DNA from: Nitrospina sp. UBA6727
GTDB taxonomy: Bacteria; Nitrospinota; Nitrospinia; Nitrospinales; VA-1
Direction of reading: 5' to 3'
Assembly: GCA_002454045.1 (NCBI GenBank)
Contig: DKID01000026.1
Span: 691-64,690, forward strand
DNA length: 64,000 nucleotides
Below are positions 9,385 through 18,368 of this stretch, piece by piece. Below the pieces are notes generated by a model. It searched no databases. It saw nothing but the letters and a program-made list of their open reading frames with translations, and had not been told where the DNA came from. Within the stretch, counting starts at the first letter, position 1. Each line of letters starts with the position of its first letter. Made by a program: the position numbers and the translations under genes.

Positions 9385-10581
9385 CTAGTGGCAATAGTTC
9401 TGTCCTTGATAAATAGTCACTCCCCAAGGAAATCGACCAACGTTCTTAATGCGTTTCACTTTATCGGACGCGGTGTCTATTACGTAAAGCGAGTTGTTGG
9501 CGGAAGACGCCACGTATATTTTATCGCCCGCGGGGGTTGTGCTCGCTGTTTCAAGACGCGCGCCTTCGCCCATATCAAGTTGGCCTGTTTTTTCCAGCGT
9601 TGAAAAATCGTAGACTAAAATCTGATTCGCTCCCCGGCTGACCACATAAACTTTTTTTCCGCCCGCGGCAAAATTCACTCCGGTCATATCTGATTCGCCG
9701 GGAAGAGTCGCCACCATGGTGTGGGATCGTGCATCGATGACGGAAATAGTTTGCTCGCCGTTATTGGGAACCACCATATATTTTCCGTCTGGGGAAGCAT
9801 AGGCTCTCCATGGATCCAACCCTACGGGAATAGTGCGGATAATTTTATCCGTCGCCGTATCCAAAACGGTCACGGAATTAGCATCCCCCGTGGCGATGTA
9901 AGCGAATTTTTCATCAAGGGTTAAGGTGACATTTGCCACGCCATTCACAGCAATAGATCGCCCCCGGTGCATGGCGGCTCCCGCTTGGTCGCTGTCGAAC
10001 GCGGCTAGTCCCGCAAGTGACCCCACAGAAATATATTGGGTCGAAAATTGTGCGGCTGACTCAACAATGCCGATCAACTGAGCACCACGGTTTGGAATAT
10101 ATATTTTGTTGCCCGCCGCCAAAATCGTAGCCCCATGCGGTTCATAAAAACCTTTTATCCGAGTCACTTCCCGGTTTTGGTCTAAGTCAATCGCAGAAAC
10201 CGTTCCTCCCTCAATATTCCCAACATACAACCATCGGTTATCCTTGCTGATGTCCATATGCTCCGGTCCGGCTCCGACGTTAACGTTTTTCAATTCACTG
10301 GTTTTTAAGTCCAGAATAGAAACTAAATTATTTGCCGTCGCCGCGATGGCTAATTTTTTTCCATCGGGGGAAAATACCGCCATGTGCGCTTGACTGTTCG
10401 TAGCGACCTTTTGTTTTCCAATCACTTCATCTTTATTTGTATCCACTATGGTCAGTTCGTTGGCGTCGCGATTGGTTATCACTGCCAAATGAAGCAGATT
10501 ATATTTCTGCCAATCAAAAGCAAAAAGATTTATGGGACTAAGAAGAGCAACGAGAAAAAATATGGTTATAATTTTTTTCAT
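9385..10581 (-). CDS. Exported YVTN/YncE-type beta-propeller protein (about 8 repeats), C-terminal NYCH
   Basis: Signal peptide MKKIITIFFLVALLSPINLFA. Repeats of the form P.....spDgk.lYV.n...n.vsviD. GAGAGG SD before ATG 10581. Confidence 0.85.
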   Translation of the reverse strand: MKKIITIFFLVALLSPINLFAFDWQKYNLLHLAVITNRDANELTIVDTNKDEVIGKQKVATNSQAHMAVFSPDGKKLAIAATANNLVSILDLKTSELKNVNVGAGPEHMDISKDNRWLYVGNIEGGTVSAIDLDQNREVTRIKGFYEPHGATILAAGNKIYIPNRGAQLIGIVESAAQFSTQYISVGSLAGLAAFDSDQAGAAMHRGRSIAVNGVANVTLTLDEKFAYIATGDANSVTVLDTATDKIIRTIPVGLDPWRAYASPDGKYMVVPNNGEQTISVIDARSHTMVATLPGESDMTGVNFAAGGKKVYVVSRGANQILVYDFSTLEKTGQLDMGEGARLETASTTPAGDKIYVASSANNSLYVIDTASDKVKRIKNVGRFPWGVTIYQGQNYCH

Positions 10582-10681
10582 GATGGAACCTCTCGTTAAA
10601 TTTTGAAATGAATTAGCCAAGTTATTAATGTTAATTATATTGGGAAAGAATGTGTTTTAAATATTAAAAGATAAAAGTGGT

Positions 10682-10717
10682 AAAAAAAATCCTCATTCCT
10701 CCATTTGAGGACTGAGG
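10682..10717 (-). terminator. Intrinsic terminator, probable expression platform of the cobalamin riboswitch
   Basis: The minus strand reads CCTCA-G-TCCTC-AAATG-GAGGA-A-TGAGG followed by ATTTTTTTT. It lies between the aptamer and the propeller start codon. Confidence 0.75.
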
Positions 10718-10784
10718 TTGATTGCACCCTGATTTGCTTGATCAACTAGTTTTGCGCTCCCCCTTTTTAGAAGGCTACGCGCTC

Positions 10785-10948
10785 GGTTCCAGGCAGGTCT
10801 TCTGACTTGTGGTCATCCTACTTTCTGCGCCTTCCCAACCAAGATGCCAGTGGCTTCATGCAGATTTCGTCGCACTCACAGCGGCGGGACCGTGGTTGAA
10901 TTTCACAACCTTCCCTTTTCATTCCCTAAACAAAGGAAACCTGAAACA
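10785..10948 (-). ncRNA. Cobalamin (B12) riboswitch aptamer
   Basis: The minus strand reads ...CAGGT...AAAAGGGAAGGTTGTGAAATTCAACCACGGTCCCGCCGCTGTGA...GCCACTG...GGGAAGG...AAGTCAGAAGACCTGCCTG, giving the canonical core and B12 box upstream of cbi genes. Confidence 0.95.
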
Positions 10949-11086
10949 TATAAATTTCAAGCGTCATTATTGTGTAATTTTATTCTGTTTTCAAGGATTA
11001 AATACTCGCTTCGCCATCTGTCTATTCAGCGTCTGAAACTCGCTTTTCTCTGGATTGAGTTAGCCCGTGTAAAGTAATAGCCATGC

Positions 11087-12589
11087 TCAAAAAATCTTTT
11101 TTTCAATAGCTTCTATGTTGATGAAAGTTTTCACCAACTCTGCGAGTTTATTGATTTGGTCGGTTCTAAATCGGGCGTAGTCAAATTTGCTTTGCGGTTC
11201 TCTCATTCCTCTTGCGTTTCTTATGTAGCTTAGAATATTTTCCCGGAGCAAATCTTTATCCAAAAATCCGTGAAGGTAAGTGCCGATGACGGTCCCTTCT
11301 TGATTAGTGATTCCGAAGTTCATGGGGTCATCTTCATTTGGGGACGAGAAGAGCGCCGGATAGTTGTTCTCAAAAGTAGTTCTGCCCATATGAATTTCAT
11401 AACCTTCACATCGGATGCCTTTCGTGAATACACGACTCTTGACCGTTTCAAGTTGTATTTGTCGGGTTAATTTTTTGGTCACGAGGGTGGTGTTGAAATT
11501 AAATAGACCGAGTCCTCCTACTTTTTTTTCACAGCTTTCCAAATTTTCAGGATCTGTTATTGTTTTCCCTAGCATTTGAAATCCACCGCAAATGCCGAGT
11601 ATCATACTTCCATCTTGATGGCATTTCAGAATTTCATGGGTGAGCAGTTGTTCGTTCAAAAATTTCATATCGCGGATTGTACTTTTGCTACCGGGGAGAA
11701 TGATTAAATCCGGATTCCCCATTTGTGAAGGGTGATGAACATATCGAATCGAAATGGATGGGTCATGTGCAAGAGGGGATAGATCGGTGAAATTGGAAAT
11801 TCGAGGAAGTTTGATAACGGCGATATTCAAAATTCCCTGCGCATTTTTTTCCGCCGAATAAGATTCTTGCGGGATGGAATCTTCTTCGTCGATGACCATG
11901 TCCTTTAGATATGGGACGACTCCTAAAATCGGCTTGTCCACAATTTTCTTAAATTGTTCAATGCCCGGTTTCAAAAGTTCAATGTCGCCGCGGAATTTAT
12001 TGATGATGAATCCTATTATTCTATTCTGCTCATTTTCGTTCAGCAGATCGTAGGTTCCCTTCATCCACGCAAACACTCCGCCGCGGTCAATGTCCCCGAC
12101 AAGAAGCACGGGCGCTTCTGCCTGCTCGGCGATGAACATGTTGACCAGCTCCGTTTTTTTTAAGTTTATTTCCGCCGGGCTTCCCGCGCCTTCAATGATT
12201 ATCAGGTCAAACTTGTTCCTCAGTTCCTCCAAGGCGGCGAGCGCGATTTGCCGATGCTTTTCATAGTGCGCGTAATAATTTTTTGCGTTTCGCGACCCGC
12301 TTGGTTTCCCCATCAAAATGACTTGGGAGTTATCGTCCCCGCAAGGTTTTAGCAAGATGGGATTCATGGCGACTTCGGGCTTCAACCCGCAAGCCTCCGC
12401 TTGATAGGCTTGTGCCCGGCCGATTTCTTCTCCTTGCTCCGTGACGAAAGAGTTTAAAGCCATATTCTGAGATTTGAAAGGAGCCACCTTGTATCCAGCT
12501 TGGTAGAAGTATCGGCAGAACGCCGCCGTCAAAAGACTTTTCCCGACGCCGGACCCGGTTCCTTGAATCATCAGAGTTTTTGCTGTCAT
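11087..12589 (-). CDS. cobQ: Cobyric acid synthase
   Basis: QGTGSGVGKS, PFKSQNMALNS, EGAGSPAEINL, DIDRGGVFA, PRISNFTD, GICGGFQMLG, GYEIHMG and GTYLHG motifs. Confidence 0.96.
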   Translation of the reverse strand: MTAKTLMIQGTGSGVGKSLLTAAFCRYFYQAGYKVAPFKSQNMALNSFVTEQGEEIGRAQAYQAEACGLKPEVAMNPILLKPCGDDNSQVILMGKPSGSRNAKNYYAHYEKHRQIALAALEELRNKFDLIIIEGAGSPAEINLKKTELVNMFIAEQAEAPVLLVGDIDRGGVFAWMKGTYDLLNENEQNRIIGFIINKFRGDIELLKPGIEQFKKIVDKPILGVVPYLKDMVIDEEDSIPQESYSAEKNAQGILNIAVIKLPRISNFTDLSPLAHDPSISIRYVHHPSQMGNPDLIILPGSKSTIRDMKFLNEQLLTHEILKCHQDGSMILGICGGFQMLGKTITDPENLESCEKKVGGLGLFNFNTTLVTKKLTRQIQLETVKSRVFTKGIRCEGYEIHMGRTTFENNYPALFSSPNEDDPMNFGITNQEGTVIGTYLHGFLDKDLLRENILSYIRNARGMREPQSKFDYARFRTDQINKLAELVKTFINIEAIEKKIF

Positions 12590-12631
12590 AAATTTGTGCC
12601 TGCCGTACTCTTTAAAAGCAGTGGTATTTTT

Positions 12632-13291
12632 TCAAGCGTTAAAAAAGTTGCATAAGTCCTGCAAGTTTTCCGAACTGATTTCATGAGACTGATCGGTTTC
12701 TTTAAACTCAACCCGGTGGCCGTGACTTTTCATTTCTTCCAGAGCATGGTCGGCCAGGAAAGGAGGAACAATTTCATCGTTGCTGCCAAATATGCCGAGG
12801 ATGTTAAGGGCGTTTTTTTTCTCAATAACTTGGTCGGAAAATTCTGGCAAGAAGCCGCAGACGGAAGCTACTTTGTGCAGCGAGCGTGCGCCGAGGATGG
12901 CGTAAGTCAACGAGGCGGCTCCTCCTTGGGAAAAGCCCCACAGGCAGGTTCTAAGTTTTCTCGCAGGATTTATATGCGAATAATGTTGGTGCGCAGAGTC
13001 GATGATTTGTGAAGTATACGTAATAAAGTTTGCTACGGTTTCATTTTGCTGGGGACCATCTTCCCACCAACTCCAAGCGCCATCGCCTGCATTCACTCCA
13101 CCTTCCGGGAAAATCATCAAAGTGTTTTGGAGTTTGAGACGGTTGCTTGCCACAAGTATATTTTCGGGGTTGGAACCCGCTCCATGAAAACCAACCAAAA
13201 GGTTAACCGGTTTTTTTTCGTCAATTTTCGTTTCCTCCAATATGACTTTTTTATTATTCCATTCGGTGGTTGAGTATCTACTCGCCATCAC
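12632..13291 (-). CDS. Alpha/beta hydrolase (phospholipase/carboxylesterase family)
   Basis: FHGAG, GFSQG nucleophile, G..DEIVP and SHEI form an intact triad. Confidence 0.85.
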   Translation of the reverse strand: MMASRYSTTEWNNKKVILEETKIDEKKPVNLLVGFHGAGSNPENILVASNRLKLQNTLMIFPEGGVNAGDGAWSWWEDGPQQNETVANFITYTSQIIDSAHQHYSHINPARKLRTCLWGFSQGGAASLTYAILGARSLHKVASVCGFLPEFSDQVIEKKNALNILGIFGSNDEIVPPFLADHALEEMKSHGHRVEFKETDQSHEISSENLQDLCNFFNA

Positions 13292-14628
13292 TCGGACTCC
13301 GTCACTCGTGATTGAATGAGGTCTCTGGCCAGCGTCACTGCTTCTTCACGAGTTGTGATGTCGCCAAGCACTTGCGCTTTTTGTACGCGGTGCAGAATTT
13401 TACCAAAAAGCGGGGAAGGGGAAAGGTGAAGTTGATGAATTAGATCCTCTCCATTCAGCAATGGCTTTTTGTTCATTGCCGGGAGAAATTGACGATAATA
13501 AAATTTAAGTATGCTGTCGCAGAAAAGGGTCACCTCGTCGTCTAGTGAATGGAAGGCAGAGATAAACACGACGACAGAGGCTGGCAGTTCTTCGTGAATC
13601 ATATTGGTTAGTTCGTACAATTCCGGGTGAGTCAGCCCATGGTTTTTTTGGGAATACGTTTCGGTTAGATACCGCGCTCCGTTCAGAGTTTGGTCTGCAA
13701 ATTTAATTTCTGCATTGCTGGCACGAATGTTCCAATCCTTGGCCATGGAAAAACCCGGGGAAGCATTCTCTGTTGACATAGGTCCTGTCTCCCCTTTTAT
13801 CCCTCTTAGCAATAGAGTGATTTTTAGAAGATGTTGGTTGTCAAGCAGGCCGCTTGTAATCAGCCCATCTACATGTTCGGGAAAGGTTTTTTCTGGTTCT
13901 TTCAGTAAAGATTCTAGTCGTCGGTAATTGACAAATGTCTTTGAATAAATTTCATCTGACATTGGAAAAAGGCTTCCCAAAATTCCGCAGTCATGCATGA
14001 TTTCCAACAGAGATATTGTGCGTGGAGTTTTAAAAAATAAAGTCAGCTCGTGCCAAATTCTTTCGGGGGCGGATTCCATCAATGCGATTTTGTGAAGGGA
14101 AATTTTGATTAGCGTTTCTCTGTCAATTTCAAAACCAAGGGTTGCCGCGAAACGGAAGGCTCGAAGCATACGAAGAGGGTCGGATTGGAAAACGCAACCT
14201 TGTAGCGCGCGGATTTTTTTCTCTTGCAAATCTTCCTGCCCTTTATAGGGGTCGATGATGTTTTTTCTTCCAGACAGAAAATCTGACAAGAGTTGACCCA
14301 TGGCGTTGATGGTGAAATCCCGTTGCGACAAATCTTCTTCGATGTTTTCCCCCTGCAGGTCGGTGAAATCCAGATGTTGTTTTTGATCGAGAATAACGCG
14401 AACTGTCTGTCGGTCAGGGGTGTTGTCTAGAGGAACACATGTGAAATTAAGGGAGCGGGAAAAGCAACTTCCTATTTCTGCGGCATTTTTTCCAGTTAAG
14501 TCGAAGTCGGCGTAGGGCTTTCGGGATAAACAATTCCTAAGTGTTCCTCCAACCACATATAATTTTTGGTTTTGGCTGGAGGCAAAACTCAAGAGCTCCG
14601 ACAAGATGGATTGGGTTGATGGCTCCAT
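13288..14628 (-). CDS. Class II tRNA nucleotidyltransferase, probably CC-adding type
   Basis: YVVGGTLRN...DFD, EEDLSQRDFTINAM, DPLRMLRAFRFA, APERIWHEL and C-terminal LLNGEDL..P.P..G motifs. Confidence 0.85.
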   Translation of the reverse strand: MEPSTQSILSELLSFASSQNQKLYVVGGTLRNCLSRKPYADFDLTGKNAAEIGSCFSRSLNFTCVPLDNTPDRQTVRVILDQKQHLDFTDLQGENIEEDLSQRDFTINAMGQLLSDFLSGRKNIIDPYKGQEDLQEKKIRALQGCVFQSDPLRMLRAFRFAATLGFEIDRETLIKISLHKIALMESAPERIWHELTLFFKTPRTISLLEIMHDCGILGSLFPMSDEIYSKTFVNYRRLESLLKEPEKTFPEHVDGLITSGLLDNQHLLKITLLLRGIKGETGPMSTENASPGFSMAKDWNIRASNAEIKFADQTLNGARYLTETYSQKNHGLTHPELYELTNMIHEELPASVVVFISAFHSLDDEVTLFCDSILKFYYRQFLPAMNKKPLLNGEDLIHQLHLSPSPLFGKILHRVQKAQVLGDITTREEAVTLARDLIQSRVTESE

Positions 14629-14762
14629 GTATTGAAAGGCGTGTCGTTAGTTAATGGTGATTTTATTGTACAGGAAATGAGGGACGATTTTTTTAATCTT
14701 GCTGGGATACTGTGAAACAAAAAAGATGTGATGGAAATATTAAGTCGGTCTATAGAAATGAA

Positions 14763-15740
14763 TCAGGCTTCCCACTTAGATGAGACGCAGGCTTGTTTTG
14801 CAACAAATATTTTCCCGTCTTTTTTTATAAATTGTAGATCAGTATCGATTAATGTCCTGATAATTTGCTGGAGATTTTTAGAAGGTTTGCTTTGCGGGTC
14901 CTTGATCAAAAAAGGGACCATCGCGTCGACGGAGTCACGAACTTGGTCACTCTCGATGATGTAGCCCAAATAGTTAACGTCAACTTCGAGAAATTTTTTG
15001 ATCAGTTTACGGAGATTGTCCCCGGCCATCAGATCTTTGCGGCTTCTTACTCGGTTCACTACGAGACAGGGTTTGAAATTATTGATTAGTGAGTTGAGAT
15101 TCTCGGCGTAGTTGGGAAAAGATTCTTTGAATTTTGAACGCAATAATCCGGTGCTGTAGGATTCTGTGTCGGCGTTAGCTGGATTAGAATGATCGACCAT
15201 TTTTTGGACTTCTGGATAAGCCTGGAAAGCGCGCGATATCCTGCGAAACAGGGCAGACCGGATGAAGCTGAAGGTTTTCATGACGGAAGTTATTTCCGGC
15301 GTCGTCAGCACCACGCCTTGCGTACTAATGTTGAAGAAATCAATGCCGTTGTAGTTGGTTCCCGGGCCTAAATCAAGGAGGATGGTATCGGCTTCCAGTT
15401 TCTTTATGAAAGAAATTATGCCGTCGACTTTATCGGAATCAATATTTGCACTGCCGGGGTTATCTCCTGCGCCGCTGATAAATTTTAGATTACTGATGCC
15501 GGTGTCAAGAAGAAGTGTTTCTGGATCGATAATGTCGGCGTTAAAAAAATCTTGGAAGCCGTGGTCGGGATTGTTGATACCCAATAGTGCGTGAAGGTTG
15601 GACGCGCCGAAATCGGTGTCCACAAGAATAACTCTTTGCCCGCTCAAAGCCATGCCCGCCGCAAGACTGGTGCAGACAACACTTTTCCCTATGCCGCCTT
15701 TTCCACCTCCTACCGCGATGATGTTAGTTGTGCTTGTCAC
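14763..15740 (-). CDS. MinD/ParA/FlhG-family ATPase
   Basis: Deviant Walker A GGGKGGIGKS, plus VDTDFGASNLH, LDLGPG, TTPEITS and VVNRV. Confidence 0.88.
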   Translation of the reverse strand: MTSTTNIIAVGGGKGGIGKSVVCTSLAAGMALSGQRVILVDTDFGASNLHALLGINNPDHGFQDFFNADIIDPETLLLDTGISNLKFISGAGDNPGSANIDSDKVDGIISFIKKLEADTILLDLGPGTNYNGIDFFNISTQGVVLTTPEITSVMKTFSFIRSALFRRISRAFQAYPEVQKMVDHSNPANADTESYSTGLLRSKFKESFPNYAENLNSLINNFKPCLVVNRVRSRKDLMAGDNLRKLIKKFLEVDVNYLGYIIESDQVRDSVDAMVPFLIKDPQSKPSKNLQQIIRTLIDTDLQFIKKDGKIFVAKQACVSSKWEA

Positions 15741-16464
15741 TAGTTTTGTTCGTCAGGCGCTCTGGATTCCGTGACGGGTTATTTGTGTTTTTCTGGTCTT
15801 TCATAAAAATAAACGATTCCAGTAAATCCATATATTTTTTGCTGTCCGGAGATGCACCTTCGGGTGTACTTGTGTGTCGTCCAGATTCCGTCGAACTCTC
15901 TGGAGCGAAGTCCGGGCCCCCCTTTTTTTCGATAGGCGCTGGGGAACCCATGGGTTGAGGAGGTTGGTAATAATCTTCAAAACGTGTCTGCAAAGATTTA
16001 AGTTGGTTTATCAGGTCGTCGACTTTTTCCGGCGCAGAGTATTCCCCCTCTTCAGAAGTAGAGTCCTCGACGACAACCGCTGATTCGTCATCAAGTGCTT
16101 TTTCCGTTAAAGGCGAGATGACAGGCGTTGCACCGTTACCCTTGTCATCTAGTTCAGGTGCATGCCGATGAAGTTTCTTCGAATCGTCTTCGTCGTATCT
16201 CCGTCCTGTTTCTTCAATTGGTTTATCGGATTTATGTTCGTGCTCTCTGGAGATACTGTTGATTTTTACTAATCCGTACACGATGAGAAAGAACGCGGCA
16301 AGAGCAATACCCATATGAAGGGGATTGCTTTGGAGCTGAGTAAAATAAGATTTGAGGAATTTGAAAGCCTCTATATTTTCTAGACCGAATTGAGAATTCA
16401 GTCGCATCCAAATTTTCTGGAAAAACTCAAAGGCAGTTTGAAAATATCGTTCGATTATATTCAT
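15724..16464 (-). CDS. Hypothetical single-TM protein with long acidic/Pro-rich region
   Basis: 246-aa ORF with one hydrophobic segment (MGIALAAFFLIVYGLV). Overlaps the start of the MinD-like gene. Confidence 0.65.
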   Translation of the reverse strand: MNIIERYFQTAFEFFQKIWMRLNSQFGLENIEAFKFLKSYFTQLQSNPLHMGIALAAFFLIVYGLVKINSISREHEHKSDKPIEETGRRYDEDDSKKLHRHAPELDDKGNGATPVISPLTEKALDDESAVVVEDSTSEEGEYSAPEKVDDLINQLKSLQTRFEDYYQPPQPMGSPAPIEKKGGPDFAPESSTESGRHTSTPEGASPDSKKYMDLLESFIFMKDQKNTNNPSRNPERLTNKTSDKHN

Positions 16465-16687
16465 TGCGGTAGGGTAGGCTCAAGAGAAAGTCCGCGATAA
16501 AACGCAAGGAAACTCCAAGTCTCATCGTGGTTTCACTCCGGTCCGCATGGTAGCACAATAATTCGCGGATGCAGTAAAATTGCTCATCCGAAAGGTTTTT
16601 ATAAAAGGTTGTTAGATGTTATACTTGAGGCCGTCTTTGTCCTTGATGAATCCATCAAACCAGTCCGCGAATTCCAGAGGGTTTTTC

Positions 16688-17341
16688 TTGAGTAAAACAC
16701 AACTAATGATCTTGATGACGCCGGTCATTTTATTTTCCCTTACGGTGCACGAATATTCCCACGGCAAAATGGCTTTGCTACTCGGTGATGACACCGCTCA
16801 ACGTCTCGGTAGACTTTCGTTTAATCCTCTGCGGCACTTGGATATTTTGGGCGTGCTTTTTTTTTATTTCGTGGGATTTGGCTGGGCCAAACCCGTACCC
16901 GTAAATCCGAGGAATCTCAGGAGTCCGCATCGCGATATGATGTACGTGGCGGTTGCCGGGCCGCTCTCGAACATTGCTCTTGCCGTGGGCTGTAGTTTTT
17001 TCATCCGCTTGATTTCCCCGGAGTTTTCTTATCTGTTTATTATTTTGGCTTACGGCATCTGGATCAATGTTGCGTTGGCGATCTTCAATATGTTGCCCCT
17101 GTATCCCTTGGATGGGTCCAGCGTGTTGAAGGGAATGGTCTCTCAGAACGTTGCTGAAAGAATAACCAATCTGGATCGGTTCGGAGCTGTGCTGATTTTA
17201 GGAGTTTTTCTACTAGACCATTTTGCTCACACGGGGATTCTCGCAACCATCCTAATGTTGCCAATCAATTATTCGGTACTTTTCCTAAGCCAGGAAACGT
17301 TCCCCATGATCATTGAAGTTTTACAGGCGAGCTTCGCCTGA
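16688..17341 (+). CDS. Site-2 protease (M50 membrane zinc metalloprotease)
   Basis: HEYSHG, GDDTA..LGRLSFNPLRHLD, GWAKPVPVN, AGPLSN and FNMLPLYPLDG motifs. Start uncertain (16616, 16688 or later). Confidence 0.9.
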   Translation: MSKTQLMILMTPVILFSLTVHEYSHGKMALLLGDDTAQRLGRLSFNPLRHLDILGVLFFYFVGFGWAKPVPVNPRNLRSPHRDMMYVAVAGPLSNIALAVGCSFFIRLISPEFSYLFIILAYGIWINVALAIFNMLPLYPLDGSSVLKGMVSQNVAERITNLDRFGAVLILGVFLLDHFAHTGILATILMLPINYSVLFLSQETFPMIIEVLQASFA

Positions 17342-17353
17342 TTTTGGCGGCCA

Positions 17354-18349
17354 ATGTCAATGAAAGCAAACAGGATATTGAGCGGGATGCAACCCTCGGG
17401 AAAACTGCATCTCGGAAATTATTTTGGTGCCCTCAAGAATTGGGTGAGTTTGCAGGATGAGTTCGAATGCTATTTTTCTATCGCGGACTGGCATGCGCTC
17501 AGTTCGTTGTATGAAACCCCCCAGAGTATTAAGGAATATTCTTTTGAGTTGGCGGTGGACTGGTTGAGTGCTGGACTTGACCCAGATAAAAGCACGATGT
17601 TTGTTCAATCTGAAATTTCCGAACACGCCGAACTCCACATGATCCTTTCCATGATCGTGCCGGTACCGTGGCTGGAGCGAAATCCAACCTACAAGGAAAA
17701 GCAGGACGAAATTAAAAATGTGGATATGAACTCGTATGGGTTTCTGGGATATCCCGTTCTCCAAACTGCGGATATTATTTTATATAAAGCAAACTACGTT
17801 CCGGTTGGCGTTGACCAGGCTCCGCATCTTGAAATATCCAGGGAAATCGTTAGGCGGTTTCACAAACTTTATAAAAAAAAAGTATTCATCGAACCGCGAG
17901 CAAAAATATCAGATGTCCCTAAGTTAAACGGGTTGGATGGAAGGAAAATGAGCAAGACCTACAACAACGCCATCTTTATTTCTGATAGCGAAAAGGAAGT
18001 TGCCAAAAAAATTCAATCGATGTTGACGGACCCAGCCCGCGCCCGCCGTGATGATCCCGGTGACCCTGACGCTTGCAACCTATATCCGTTCCATAAAATT
18101 TATTCTCCGCAAACGATGCGGGACGAAATTGAATCCGATTGCCGGACGGCAAAAATAGGCTGCGGAGATTGCAAAAAGATGCTTACGCAAACGATGCTTG
18201 AAGGCATGAAGCCGATGCGGGAAAAACGGAAGGAGATTCTCGCCCGCCCCGGTGATGTAAAAGAAATTCTGCGGGAAGGTGCTCTCAAGGCTCGCGCCGT
18301 GGCCAAGTCCACCATGGAGCAGACGAGACAAGCGATGCAACTAACGTAG
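17354..18349 (+). CDS. trpS: Tryptophan--tRNA ligase
   Basis: SGMQPSGKLHLGNY, YPVLQTADI, VPVGVDQ and KMSKT motifs. Confidence 0.97.
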   Translation: MSMKANRILSGMQPSGKLHLGNYFGALKNWVSLQDEFECYFSIADWHALSSLYETPQSIKEYSFELAVDWLSAGLDPDKSTMFVQSEISEHAELHMILSMIVPVPWLERNPTYKEKQDEIKNVDMNSYGFLGYPVLQTADIILYKANYVPVGVDQAPHLEISREIVRRFHKLYKKKVFIEPRAKISDVPKLNGLDGRKMSKTYNNAIFISDSEKEVAKKIQSMLTDPARARRDDPGDPDACNLYPFHKIYSPQTMRDEIESDCRTAKIGCGDCKKMLTQTMLEGMKPMREKRKEILARPGDVKEILREGALKARAVAKSTMEQTRQAMQLT

Positions 18350-18368
18350 CAACTTCTGTTTATATTTT

